Positions 1 to 12,692 of a stretch of DNA of 64,000 bases are shown here, in pieces (within the stretch, counting starts at the first letter, position 1; every line of letters begins with the position of its first letter). The translations under genes and the position numbers were made by a program. Below the pieces are notes generated by a model that had not been told where the DNA came from, searched no databases, and was given only the letters and a program-made list of their open reading frames with translations. Where the stretch lies: positions 124,312,001 through 124,376,000 of the forward strand of contig NC_086097.1 of assembly GCF_963921235.1 (NCBI RefSeq), read 5' to 3'. This DNA comes from Mobula hypostoma. Taxonomy: Eukaryota.

Positions 1-150
1 CACACTGGTGGGAAAATTACATCATGTGACCTCACACTGGCGGGAAAATTACATCATCCCACCATCACAAGACAATCACATCATGCTCACAAGATACTCA
101 ATTACATCATGGCCATAAGACAGTCACAAGATACCCACAAGGTATGTAAC
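1..150 (-). mobile_element. End of an LTR related to the 2780-3663 solo LTR (truncated by window edge)
   Basis: Shares 'catgtgacctca..ggcgggaaaattacatca' motifs and an 'atgtaac' terminus with 3555-3663. Confidence 0.7.
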
Positions 151-1430
151 CGGAGGAAGACAGAGAGAGTGAATCGGGCTGTGATGTTGGAACGAGAGGC
201 TGAAGGAAAGCCTACCAAATGGAAAGCTCTTCATCTCTACTTGGTGTCAGCTTTTCCCCAGACACAGAAGGCATTTACTGAGTGAGTGATCAGCTACTCT
301 GCAGTAAGCACACAAGTTATTTCTCCACTGATGCTCATGCTCTTGGGGGGGGGGGGATGTTAAGGAAGCTCTCCCTGGCAGCATGGGTTATGGAGGTGTT
401 GATGATGAAGGTCGTGCAGCCTGAAGTGGTTCTGGGAATTGAATTGGGGCTGTGGCTGATGATCTGGAAGGTTGGTTCATAAGACACTTGCCAATTCGGA
501 GGGCCAGAGAGATGAAGCTTTCAAGGTCGGTGGGCATCTCCCGGGTAGGCAGGTCGTTTATCAAGCGCTTTGAGAGGCCGTGATAGTAAGGGGCTAGCCG
601 CACTCCTGCATTCCAGCCACACTCCGGCACAGGGGCCCTGGATTCTACAATGCAATCCAGCACCAAGCATGAGCCTTGAGGCAGCTGAAGTATCCGACCC
701 ACTTCCCAGGTGCTCAAAAACCTGATGCATTTCAACGTATTTTTTGCAAGTGGTGGTTTTATTGTCATTGATATCAGTGGCCGGGGTCAGAGCCTCCCCG
801 GTCGGAAGAGAGATGATGAAGGTAATTCTGGCTCAGTCTATAGACTACAGAGAAGGTTGAGCTCGAAGTGTACGGCACACTGAGACAGGAAGTTGTGGCA
901 TCATGTTGGGAATCCACAGAAGCGTTGAGGTATCAGAATCTGGGGCTCTGAGGGAGGGGGTTGACTGGCACAGGGTTGCCAAATTGAGAGGAAGAGTTGG
1001 TTGAGAGTGGGAGTAGATGGCTTCCTGCTGCTTCTAGCTCTTGTGCTTGTATCAGTGGATGACTTCCTTTAGGTAAGAAAACTCTTCTGGGTCACCCATC
1101 CTGTCAGGAAATGTAGAAGAGGCTTAACCAAAAAGCAGAGCAGCAGAGATGAATCAGCGATGAACAATAACTTTAAAATTAGACTGCAAAAATAACACAA
1201 ACCACAAGGGGCCATAGAACAAGAGAGAATAGATATTAAACACAACAGAAAACAAGATAACTGAAGGCTAGGAGCAACTGGTCGTGGCTGGCTGGTTTGA
1301 TGGGTGAACAAAGGACTGTGGATGAGAGCTGGGTTCAGATAGGCTGCAGGTGATGAGCTACAAGTGTGTGGTAGGTGAGTCCTGTTAGCTGGGTGGAAAC
1401 TGGCAGGTGCCTGCCTGTGCAGGCCTGACA
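151..1430 (-). mobile_element. Gypsy (Sushi/Ty3-like) 5' part: LTR 1102-1430 and degenerate gag
   Basis: 1102-1430 is bounded by inverted TGTCAGG...CCTGACA. ORF 388-768(-) contains YYHGLSKRLINDLPTREMPTDLESFISLALRI, resembling Sushi/PEG10-type gag. Confidence 0.7.
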
Positions 1431-2394
1431 TGTGCTTCGGTGATAAATTTACTTTGACTTTGACTTTGAATCAGCTGTGATCAAATGACAGAGCAGACTC
1501 TTGGACCGAATGGCCTAATTCTGCTTCTGCCTCTTATGGTCCTCTTTGAAGAGCAATCTGAGATTTGTTATATCCATCTAATTTGAAAGTCATTATTAAA
1601 GCCTTATATTTTGCTGTGTGTTATGAGTGTTTTTTATCAAACATCGTCCAAGTTTTCTATTCTTGTTAATCTCAAAAAGAATTCAAAAGCAATCAGCTAC
1701 CAATAATTAAAATTCTGTATAAGTAAATTAGAATTAGCTTCAGAATATAAAGTCATGGAGTTACAGATTAAAAGGTCATACAGCACAGAAACAGGCACTT
1801 CAGCCCAAATTGTCCATGCTGAACAAATGCCCACCTAGGCTTGTCCCATTTGCCTCCCTGTCTCCATGTGTTCATCCAAATGTCATTTAAATGTTGTCAC
1901 TGTACCTAGCTCTACCTCTTCCTCTTCTTCCTGTATCTCATTCCATGTTCTGTACATACCACACCCTCTGGGTTTAAAAGCTGCATGTCAATTTTCTACA
2001 GGTACATGGAAACTTACAGTGAAATGCATTGTTTATGTCAAAAACCAACACACTTAAGAGGTCGAATTTCAGGTTGTGTATTGGATACATACTCTCATAT
2101 TAAATCTACTTTGAAACCTCAGGTTGTGCTGGGGGCAGCTCGCAAGTGTCGCCACTCATTCCATCGCCAACACAACATGCCCATAATGCTCGGCAGAATA
2201 ACGCAGGACACAACCAGTGAGAAAACAACAACAGCAAAACAAGCCTCTTTCCTTGCTCCCACTCACCCACACATATGGACAGTCCCTCAACTTCTGAACA
2301 GGCTCCTAGGCCTCCAGTCTCCAGACTTTGGCCATCATGAAGCACCCCTCACCTTAAACTTCCGCACTCGACTTCTTGATGACCCAGTCCTGGG

Positions 2395-4000
2395 AATAAA
2401 GACTGTGTGTATTCACCTCACCTTGATTTTATCCTTCATGATTTTCTGCACCTAAGATCACCTCTCAATATTTTATGCTCCAAAGAATAAAGGACTAGCC
2501 TATTCAACATTTCCCTATAACCCAGTCCCTCAAGTATTGGTAAAAACTTCTAAATTTCTTCCGCATTTTTTCCAGCTTGGGGGTAACCTTCCTATAGCAG
2601 GGTGACCAGAACTGAACACAATATTTCACATGATGTCTCATCAACATGTTGAACATCAGTAACATAACATCCAAATTCTTTGCTCAGTGCCCTGACTGAT
2701 GAAGGCCAGCATGCCAAAATCCTTCTTCACCTCCCCGTTTACCTGTGTTGCCGCTTTCAGTAATTGTATGATTGTGTTCTGTTACATAACTGGCAACAAT
2801 GAATATCAATCGAGACAGGTTATATAAAAACAACCAAGCATTTATTAAACACGGATAAACGATAAAAAAAACGAAAACCTTAACTGGAAGTTAACCGCTA
2901 TGCAGTCATTCAACAAATCGTCACTCGGCACTGGTTCTCAAAGCGTTAAATGCGAAAACAATTCTTAAAGCGATAAAGTCAGATATAGTTCTTAAAATGG
3001 TAAATTCGAAAGTCCAACAGATTTATATGTTTACTTGGGAGAGACTTCTCTGGAGAAGGATTTCTTCATAGACGCAACTTCCCTGCTGGTTCTGTCCAAA
3101 GGATTCACAATGCAGTAAATAAACAGTGTGAAACAACTGACCTTAATTTCTTTTAGAGAGAGCAAACCTTTGCATGAACTCTTTTCTCTTTTGGCAAGAG
3201 TTATCCTCGATGCAGGTTGCTACTCCTTCAACGAAGTCTCAATAAGGTCGATCCTTTGTTAAACCGCCGAACGATACTGACTCCTCTCAATCCTTCGGGT
3301 CCTGTACTTCAATAAAGTCTTCACTCCCCCGTACTACTGCTAGAATAAGGTATATCAACACATCTAGCAGAAGTTTTGGTCCAGCAATGTTATTCCTTGC
3401 AACAGAACGTAACAACTGTTTAAAAAAATGAAACTGCGTCATAAAAACAAACACGCAACAGAAATGGAGACACAGTACGTTCTATCTGGAAATCTGAAAA
3501 CTAAAAACTAACTGCGTCATCTGGGGTCTACCCTTATATACCCGTGGTGCACATGTCATCATGTGACCTCACCTTGGCGGGGAAAATTACATCAGGTGAC
3601 CTCCAAAAGACCATTACATCATTCTCACAAAAAAAAACACAGATCTCCTTGAGGCATGTAACAGTTCCTAGTTACCTCCTTTCTACGACACTTCCAGAGC
3701 CCTAACACTCACTGTGTATTCTCTACCCAGGGTTGACTTCCCAAATGCAGCACTTCACATTTATCTGAACCCTGTTTGCCATTCCTCAGCCCACTTACCC
3801 AGCTGATCAAAATTCCTCTGTAATTATTGATAACCTTCTTCATTGTTTACAACGTCACCGAGTTTACTGTCCTCTGCAAACTTGTTAACCATGCCTTGTA
3901 CATCCTCACCCAAATTGTTCAGAGCTGACAAATAACAATGGGCACAGCACCATCACTAGTCACATTCCTCTGTCTGAAAAACAAGCTTCCACCATCACGG
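2395..4000 (-). mobile_element. Degenerate CR1 LINE RT/3' fragment, interrupted by a solo LTR
   Basis: CR1-type antisense segments ('gaccagaactgaacacaatatt', 'tcctctgcaaactt' = KFAED) on both sides of 2780-3663. Confidence 0.7.
2780..3663 (-). mobile_element. Solo LTR (884 bp) with 4-bp TSD GTTC
   Basis: TGTTACAT...ATGTAACA termini; GTTC at 2776-2779 and 3664-3667; on the minus strand a TATA-like 'tatataa' at ~3534-3540 and AATAAA at 2841-2846. Confidence 0.85.
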
Positions 4001-4057
4001 TACGTGAGTCTGAGAGTCTGAATCTGCTGGAGCAGTGGTTCTCAGCTACTTTCTGTT

Positions 4058-4280
4058 TGTGGCCCCCACGTGACCTTCATTTACATCTGTGGCCCCCATG
4101 TGACCTTCATTTACATCTGTGGCCCCTCATGTGACCTTCATTTACATCTGTGGCCCCCATGTGACCTTCATTTACATCTGTGGCCCCTCATGTGACCTTC
4201 ATTTACATCTGTGGCCCCCACGTGACCTTCATTTACATCTGTGGCCCCCGTGTGACCTTCATTTACATCTGTGGCCCCCA
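4058..4280. repeat. 30-31 bp minisatellite, about 7 copies (tgtggcccccatgtgaccttcatttacatc)
   Basis: Near-identical tandem units start at 4058, 4088, 4118, 4149, 4179, 4210, 4240 and 4270 (partial). Confidence 0.95.
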
Positions 4281-4399
4281 CCCTCCATAGTCTCCGTTAG
4301 TTGCAAAAGTTTTTTGGGTCAACTGTACTAATTATTCTAATATACAGTCAATATTTATGTTTTTAACAGGTTATAGGTTATAGGTTAAAGTGCAACACA

Positions 4400-5452
4400 A
4401 CAAAGTTCGACAAAGTGCAACATGAAAAATTATTTCTAATTCTCGCTAAACTAAACATTGATGGAAGGGATGAACAACTGCTTCAAAATTTATATTTGAA
4501 CCAAACGGCGGCAGTAAAAATTGATGATAATATAAGCAGTTGGACTAAAATTCAAAGAGGAGTTAGACAAGGGTGTGTTGCCTCACCGGAATTATTTAAT
4601 ATCGATAGTGAAATGATTTTCAGAGAAATAGAAGACCTAGATGGGATAAAAATTGGAGGTGTTAACATCAACAATATAAGATATGCAGACGATACCACCC
4701 CAATAGCAAGTGCTGCAGAAGACCTACAAATCCTCCTAGACAAAGTAGTACAAACAAGCGCAGATTTTGGTCTAACCGTCAACTGTAAAAAAAGCAAATG
4801 TATGGTAATATCAAAACAGCAGGATACTCCCAACTGCCAATTGTACATCAGTAACCAAGAGATTGAACAAAAGGCCAGCTTTAATTACCTTGGTATCTTT
4901 ATATCACAAGATGCTAGAAGTAAAGTAGAAATGAAAAGAAGAATTGCCATTGCCAAAACCAACTTCCAAAAAATGAAACCCATTTTTACCAACAGACACA
5001 TTTCTATGACAACAAGGCTTAGGCTACTAAAATGTTATATCTGGTCAATCTTGCTGTATGCTTCTGAAACATGGACTATAACACCAGAACTCCAAAGAAA
5101 CTTGTGGTTTCTTAGAAGAATGCTGAAAATATCATATAGAGATAGGGTAACTAATGAGACAGTACTCCAACATGCCCATACAAAAAGATCCTTAATGAGA
5201 ACATTAAATGAGAGGAAACTTAAATTCCTGGGCCATGTAATCAGAAAGGGAGAAATGGAGTGCCTTGCATTACAAGGCCGTATGCCTGGGAAACGCAGAA
5301 GAGGAAGGCAAAGAAGAAAATATATGGACACTGTGAAAGAACTAATAGATCTAAGTGTGCGAGATATCATTGACGCTGCGAGGGATTGTTCAATGTGGAG
5401 AGCGATGATCGCCCAGGTGTGTAATGCACAAGGCGCATGAAGAAGAAGAAGA
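4400..5452 (+). mobile_element. 5'-truncated RTE-clade LINE, RT C-terminal ORF 4415-5440 (341 aa)
   Basis: GVRQGCVASP, NNIRYADDT, FNYLG, LLYASETW, KFLGHVIR, GKRRRGRQR motifs; (GAA)n tail directly after the stop. Confidence 0.92.
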
Positions 5453-6877
5453 TCGGTATTATATGTTAGATATAATGTTACATGTGTATATGAGCAATTA
5501 AACTATTTCAAAGCTCTGAATGGGATACTTTATTTATAATATATATAATATTCTGCAAACCAGCAATGAAAAGGTGTTTAATATTTTTGCTTTGGTTACT
5601 CAGTGTGACCCTTGCAACTGATGCAAACTAGTGAGCTTTTGAATATCTGGCTGCCACTTGGTTAAAGATAATCGAAGATCACCTCATTTCACAACATCAA
5701 GACAGTTAGGAGTTTTTAAATAGCAGTTGAAGAGCTTGACTACAACTACCTTCAACTAGATAAGAGGTGGGAAATCAAATGCAAAACAACTTTGCTTTCT
5801 CCCAGAGCTGTGCAATTTTATTTTGAATATCACTAGATGAAAGATTCAAAGTATGTATGCAGAATACAATCTTGAGATTCATCTTTCCCACAGCCACAGA
5901 GAAAAACTATGGAACCCATTCAAAGAAAAACTTCAACTCTCCCCCTCCACAGGCAAAACAAAACAAATCAAGCAAATGGCAACAAAAAAAAGAGTGGAAA
6001 ACAGAATATAAAACACAAAATTGAAAGAGTCCAGGCACATTCAGTTCAGCTCAGTGTTCATTACCTGCAGGCTGCTCCAATTCAAAATTGCCCAAAATCA
6101 CAACACAAAAAAAGAACAACCGGAACCAGAAGCATTTCATAACGTGAAGTACGGAGACCAATCCACAGACCGCGTCAATTAGCGGTAGAGATTTTGCTGC
6201 CTCATTTGCATCATATAGCATATTTTTCCACTCATTTCATTCAGGGTTCCAATTAAAATACATATATAACATTTATTTATTTATTTATTTATTTAAGTGA
6301 TAGTTCATTAAAACAGTAAACTTATCATGGCCATTAGAAACTCCCGTGGCCCCCAGTTTCTTGTTGTTAACTTGTGGCCCCCGTGAAATCCGGCAAGGCC
6401 CCTGTGAGGTCATATGGCCTACATTGAGAACCTCTGAGCTGGAGCGTGAAGACAGCCAGTCCTGGGGTTAGAGGAACATGTGTGTGAATGGGTGGACGGG
6501 CAGTAGGGAGGAATGGATCTTGATCTGCTGCTGTTGGTTTGTCACTTGTTGTGCTCTGTGTTCTTCTGCTGAGCATTGTGGGCGTGCCATGTTGGCGCCG
6601 GAATGTGTGACAACAAATGGGGCTGCCCCCCAGCCCTCCAGCGCATCTTTAAGTGTGTTTGCTGTTAACATAAATGACAGATTTCACCGCATATTTCAAC
6701 GTACATGTGATGAATAAATCTGAATTACTCTTTCCTTCCTACCATCAAGCCAATTCTGTAACCAGTTAACTCTCCCCAAATAGGCTACTGCAAGTGAAGC
6801 ATTCTAACAACCCAAATCATTGTTGTACTGATAATTTCACAAAGCAGATGAAATGGGAATAAACACAAGAGATTTTA

Positions 6878-7085
6878 GCCAGCTGGTGGTGTAGTGGCAT
6901 CTGCACCAAACTTCAAAGCACGTGGTGTTGGGTTCGAATCCAGCAGGCTCCTTGTATGCTTTCTGTCCGTGCCGGGTTGAGCGTCGAGCTAGCAACTCGG
7001 CCTCTTAAAAGGCAGACAAAAATGCTAAAGGAACAGTAAGGTTGCCACACGATGTGCCACAAGATGCAGAGAGGAACAACAACAA
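6878..7085 (+). mobile_element. tRNA-derived SINE with (AAC)n tail
   Basis: A box TGGTGTAGTGG, B box GGTTCGAATCC, ends gaacaacaacaa. Confidence 0.8.
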
Positions 7086-7280
7086 TTCTGGCGATGCTGG
7101 AAATGCAGAGCAACCCACACATAAAATACTGGAGGAATTCAGCAGATCAGGCAGCATCTATGGAAAAGAATAAACAGTCGACGTTTCAGGACTGATGAAG
7201 GATCTCGGGCTGAAATGTCGACTATTTTCCTCTCACCATAGATGCTGCCTGAACTGCTGAAATCCTCCAGCATTTTGTAC
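7086..7280. mobile_element. Palindromic Penelope-derived element with hammerhead-like core
   Basis: Inverted arms (ctggaggaattcagcag..gcagcatctatgg / ccatagatgctgcc..ctgctgaaatcctccag); CTGATGA..GAAA.GTC at 7192-7219. Confidence 0.7.
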
Positions 7281-8099
7281 GTCAGATGGAAATAATCTCA
7301 GATTTTATATTTCTCATGAAGAAAAACATTAAATAACCTGCATATTCTGAAAAAACCACAGAAGGTGCAGAGGCATCTATTTATTTCACTGTTATGTGTG
7401 AAGCTGAATGAGGAAAGTACTTTGAATTCCCAGAAACCTGTTAAAAATTACTTACTTCATTGCTTCTCAGTAATTTTTAACAAATTTCATATTCCTTCTT
7501 TATAACCATATCATTCATCCAGTTTCCAGAGGGTTACTTTCTGCTTGTACCAGCATGATCATGAAGTCACTGTGACCAGTATCTAAAAAGATTTTCTGGA
7601 AAGCTTTAAAAATTAAATAACTATTATTTTTAATATGATGGACTTTTGCCAGCATTAGGGAATTCTTTCTCATCATAGGTCTGGAGTACCATCACCAATC
7701 AAATTAAATTAAGTGCTAACAGGTGCTTTTATTTTGACCCATCAAAGAAGAATGGTCTGGAGATCTGATTAAGCTCTTCCTGGAATAAATTATGTTGTAC
7801 ATCTGAAGTAATTTTCCTTTGAAGCATTGTAGAGAAAACTATCTCACAATTATCTGAGAGCATTCATCTTTAGTCACCCCTGAGACACACATATTTTCAC
7901 AACAAAGTGCCATTTGGGACCCTGTTAAGGTTAGTACTAGTAACTTTCTACCTTTGGGAGACGTTAACCCTAGAGATTATTCTTATCATTCTCTGTCCTG
8001 GACTGCATTTGACCCCCAACAATCATTTCCCAGCTTCCAGATGGCCTTAACTCTCATCCACCACCACCCCATCCCCAAGACTCTATTGACTCTCTGATA

Positions 8100-9330
8100 C
8101 TTTGATGGCCTTGACAAACAGTATTGGATGCAGCCCAGTCCATCACCAGCAGAGCCCTCCCCACCACTGGGCAGATCTACAAGGTGTGCTGCTACAAAAA
8201 AAGCAGCATTCATCGTCAAAGATCCCCATTATCTAGACCATACACTCTCCTCCCTGCTATCATTGGGCAGGAGATTAGGTCCTACACTGACAGATTCAGC
8301 AACAGTTACTACTCTACAACCACCAGGCTCCCAAACTAGTGTGGATAACTCCACTCACCTCAACACTGCACTGATTCCACAACCTACAGGCATACTTCCA
8401 AGGATTTTATGACTCATGTTCTCAGTATTGTTTAGTCATAGTCATAGTCATACTTTATTGATCCTGGGGGAAATTGGTTTTCATTACAGTTGCACCATAA
8501 ATGATTAAATAGTAATAAAACCATAAATAGTTAAATAGTAATATATAAATTATGCCAGGAAATAAATCCAGGACCAGCCTATTGGCTCAGGGTGTATGAC
8601 CCTCCAAGGGAGGAGTTGTAAAGTTTGATGGCCACAGGCAGGAATGACTTCCTATGACGCTCTGTGTTGCATCTCGGTGGAATGAGTCTCTGGCTGAATG
8701 TACTCCTGTGCCCAGCCAGTACATTATGTAGTGGATGGGAGACATTGTCCAAGATGACATGCAACTTGGACAGCATCCTCTTTTCAGACACCACCGTGAG
8801 AGAGTCCAGTTCCATCCCCACAACATCACTGGCCTTATGAATGAGTTTGTTGATTCTGTTGGTGTCTGCTACCCTCAGCCTGCTGCCCCAGCACACAACA
8901 GCAAACATGATAGCACTGGCCACCACAGACTCGTAGAACATCCTCAGCATCGTCCGGCAGATGTTAAAGGACCTCAGTCTCCTCAAGAAATAGAGACGGC
9001 TCTGACCCTTCTTGTAGACAGCCTCAGTGTTCTTTGACCAGTCCAGTTTATTGTCAATTCGTATCCCCAGGTATTTGTAATCCTTCACCATGTCCACACT
9101 GACCCCCTGGATGGAAACAATATTTATTTATGTTTGTTTATTTATTTATGTACTGTATTTTTTGTATTTGTACAGATTGCCTTCTTTTGCACATGATTGT
9201 CAGTTTTTGTTTATGTCTGGTTTTTCATTGATAATATACTTTGGTCTACTGAGAATGTCTGCAAGAAAATAGATCTCAGGGTTTTTATATGGTGACATAT
9301 GTATTTTGATAATAAATTTACTTTGAATCT
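8100..9330 (+). mobile_element. Old Rex1/Babar-type LINE 3' end, split by the 8433-9120 insertion
   Basis: KKAAFIVKDPH..LFS/LLS motif and a 3' UTR ending aataaatttactttga. Confidence 0.65.
8433..9120 (-). mobile_element. Young Rex1/Babar-type LINE 3' fragment (ORF 8579-9097)
   Basis: YKYLG..DNKLDW..KKGQSRLYFLRRLRSF; (tagtca)n tail; near-identical to 15845-16565. Confidence 0.88.
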
Positions 9331-9579
9331 TTGAATTTTGACACTCCCATTTTCTGAAACTGCTGGACCAAACTCTCCAGAATCCTAGAGCTTGGATGGC
9401 CTTCCCTGTGGTACCTTCAATAGAGACTCTAACTGTCTTTGCACTGAATGAGCGTTCCAGATCACACCACCACCAACTCTCCCTTCCCATTCCCAAACCC
9501 TGAATAGATCTCCAATAGCTGACCTGACCCTTCCCTTCTGACCCAAATTACCCTCCAACCACAGACTATTTCAAAGTTT

Positions 9580-11210
9580 AAAGTTCAGACTTCAAAGGAA
9601 ATTTATTATCAAAGTACATATATGTCACTATATACAAACCTGAGATTCATTTTCTTGTGGGCAATGACAATAAGTACAATCGAATCAATGAAAGACCGCA
9701 CCCAACAAGACGGGCAACAACCAATGTGAAAAAAAACAACAAACTGTGCAAATACAAAAAAGAAAGAGAAAAGTATAATAATTGTAATAAATAAATAAGC
9801 AATAATTATCAAGAACATGAATTGAAGAGTCCTTGAGAGTGAGTCCATAGGTTGTGGGAACAGTTCAGTGATGTGGCGAGTGAGGTTGAGTGAAGTTATC
9901 CCATCTGGTTTAAGAGCTTGATCGTTGAGAGGTATTAACTGTACTTGAACCTGATGGTGTGGGTCTTCAGGTTTCATTATCTTCTTCCTGATGGCAGCAA
10001 TGAGAAGACAGCATGGCCTGGATAGTGGGGTCCTTGATGATGGATGCTGCTTTCCTGCGACAGTGCTCCCTGTAGATGTGCTTAGTGGTGGGCAGGACTT
10101 TACCCATGATGGACTTGTCTGTATCCACTACTTTTTGTAGGCTTTCCTGTAAAAGGGCATTGGTATTTCCTTACCAGGCTGTGATGGAACCAGTCAATAT
10201 ACTCTCCGCCACACTTCTGTAGAAGATTGCCAAAGTTTTAGATGACACGTAGAATCTTCACAAACTTCTTGGCAAGTACAGATGCTGCCTTGCTTTCTTC
10301 TTAATGGCACTTACTTGCTGGATCCAGGATAGATCCTCGGAAAAGATGACACTGAGGAAGTTAAAGTCGGTGACCCTATCCACCTCTGATCATCCAATGA
10401 GGACTGGCCCATGGACCTCTGGTTCTTTCCTCCTGAAGTCAATAATCAGCTCCTTGGTCTTGCTGACATTGAGTAAGAGGTTGTTTAATGGCACCACTCA
10501 GTCAAACTTTCAGTCTCCCTCCTATATAGTAATTCATCACCACCCTTGATTCGGCCTACAAAAGTGATATGGTCAGCAAACTTAAATATAACGTTGGAAC
10601 TGTGCTTAACCTCACAGTCATAAGTGACTAGAGCAGGGGGCTAGGCACACAGCCATGCCATGCACCTGTGCTGATGGAGATTGTGGAGGAGATGTTGTTG
10701 CCAATCCAAACCGACTGGGGTTTGCAAGTGAGAAAATTGTGGATCCAGTTGCATAGAGGTATTGAGGCCCAGGATTTGAAGCTTGAACAATAGTATTGAA
10801 CACTGGGTTGTGGTCAGGATGCATCAATGCTTCACTGTCCAGGTGCTCCAGGATTGAGTGACAAGCTGATGAAACAGCATCTGCTTTTGACCTTTTGTGA
10901 TGATAGGCAATTTGGAGCAGATTCACGTCGCTTTCAGGCAGGAGTTGATATGTTTCAGCACCAACCTCTCAAAGCTCTTTATCATTGTGGACTACTGCAT
11001 GGTAGTCATTAAGGTAGGTTACAACATTCTTCTTGGGCACCGGTATAATTGAAGCCTGCTTGAAGTGGAGGTGTGGTGGTGGGGGGGCTACCTCTGATTG
11101 CTGAAGCAAGAAGTTAAAGATATCGGTGAACACTCCAGCCAACTGATCAGCACAGGTCTTTAGTACTCGACCAGGTACCCAGTCTGGGCGGATGCTTTCT
11201 GTGGACTCTG
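9580..11210 (-). mobile_element. Degenerate Rex1/Babar-type LINE (RT to 3' UTR)
   Basis: ORF 10969-11235: [29 protein letters not shown]; downstream RT motifs are decayed. Confidence 0.8.
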
Positions 11211-11211
11211 T

Positions 11212-12330
11212 ATTTGTTTTGTAGCTCCAAAACAAGGGAGCCCAAGAGATGCATGTCTTAGTTTTAGTTTTACTTTAAGCGAAGCACCTATGTACGATGT
11301 GGTGCTGTGATGATGTACGTGAACTCCTGTCAGGCCGGTTTCTGTTTAGATGCTTACTTTTGTTCATGCTCACTTTCATTTCTGACTGCAACTTAATTGC
11401 TTCTCAGTCTGTTGTTTCCATTGATACAGCTACTTCAACTGCTCTTTTACACATAGGCCATTCTTCAGTTAGGAATTATTTCTGAATGCTTTCTTGTAAA
11501 ATTCCACAAGCTAAAAAATCTTGCAGTTTGTCATTATGCCCATCATTGAATTGGCAATGCTCAATCTTTTAAATTCAGTCATATATGCTGAAATGGACTC
11601 CCCTTCCTTTTGATTCTGCTTATGAAATCTAAAGTATCCTGTAATTATCAATGGTTTTGGTTCTAAATGATTCTACATTATTTTCATGATATCAGCAAAG
11701 CTCATTTTTGGCTGGTTTGGTTAGAGCAATTAAACTTCTACGCAATCTATATGCTCTTTCACCTAATGCACTGAAAAACTGGCACGCACTTGTCATTGGC
11801 TATTTCATTTGCTTCAAAATACAGCTCAATTTGCTCAGTACACATATTTTAGTTATTTCCTGTGCACTCAAACACATCTATTTGATGTAGCCAGCCATTA
11901 CTGCTTTTTAAATAAATTGATAATTATTATCAGCCAGTACTCACTGTTAATGAATCCGCGAATTTGTCTGTTTTCTGCCTTATTTTTTAACTTGACTAGC
12001 CCTTCCTGAAAAAGCACATACTGTGCTGCTTTTTTTTAACTTGAACATCTCACTGTGCTTTTTCAAAAATTCGAACATCTTGCTGCACCCCAACAAGTAC
12101 ATAGTTGCTTCAGGTTTGTTTAAAACTTCCTCGTTGCCACTGTTATGTCTAGTAACTCCAAAACATAAAACTAACCAAAGTAAAAACAAGGGCGTTTGAG
12201 AGATGCATGTCTTAGCTTTGTTTTCACTTTAAGCGAGGCACACACGTATGACATGGTGGTGTGATGACATATGCCATTCCCGTACTTTTACATATAACTC
12301 GTAATGAGTTATTTAACCAACAAAGAATAC
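11212..12330 (-). mobile_element. Internally deleted Gypsy element (LTR-PBS-gag-partial LTR), relative of 57819-62140
   Basis: Minus strand: LTR end '..gttttggagttactagacataaca' followed by PBS-like 'gtggcaacgagg' (~12129-12140); decayed gag from ATGGCTGGCTAC at 11898, collinear with 58185-58740; partial 3' LTR at 11212-11323. Confidence 0.8.
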
Positions 12331-12692
12331 ACACCAGGTTCGCCATCCTGAAGGATGCTCTCACGTCAGTTTCAGAAACTGTAATCACAGGTTCATTGGC
12401 AGCTGTGAGAGTTCATGAAAGTGCCTCCATTTTTTGAGCTCATCTGGGAGCGAAGCCATGTTGGCACCTTTGTCACTTGGTTTCACTTTGTAGGAGGTGA
12501 TAGCATTCAAACCTTGCCACAGCGGTCGAGCATCCTTTAGTGATTCAAGTTTGGTCAGGAATTGCCACTTCTCGCATGAGGTGGCTTTCCAGAGATCATA
12601 TCTGGACCTCTTGTATTTAACTTGGTTGTCAGACCTGAAACCCATCTGTCTTGATCTCCAAACCCTGCTTGGAACACATTAAAAAAATTCTG

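Larger units (their letters stand above)
4033..6436 (-). mobile_element. hAT (Buster/Charlie-like) DNA transposon deletion derivative with nested insertions
   Basis: TIRs CAGTGGTTCTCA / TGAGAACCTCTG; 8-bp TSD tgctggag (4025-4032) / agctggag (6437-6444); minus-strand transposase C-terminal remnant at ~5600-5812 (LWEKAKLF..FPTSYLVE..GDLRLSLTKWQPDIQKLTSLHQLQGSH*). Confidence 0.85.

Noticed and set aside
388..768. Domesticated PEG10/RTL-like gene
   Set aside because: Degenerate and adjacent to its own LTR; ordinary retrotransposon gag.
4058..4280. CRISPR-like array of ~30-bp repeats
   Set aside because: Units are directly adjacent with no unique spacers, no cas genes, eukaryotic context.
6878..6950. 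tRNA gene
   Set aside because: A/B boxes present but no convincing cloverleaf; continues into a SINE body and tail.
11330..12000. Apparent unique AT-rich conserved non-coding region
   Set aside because: The reverse complement is a decayed Gypsy gag collinear with 58185-58740.
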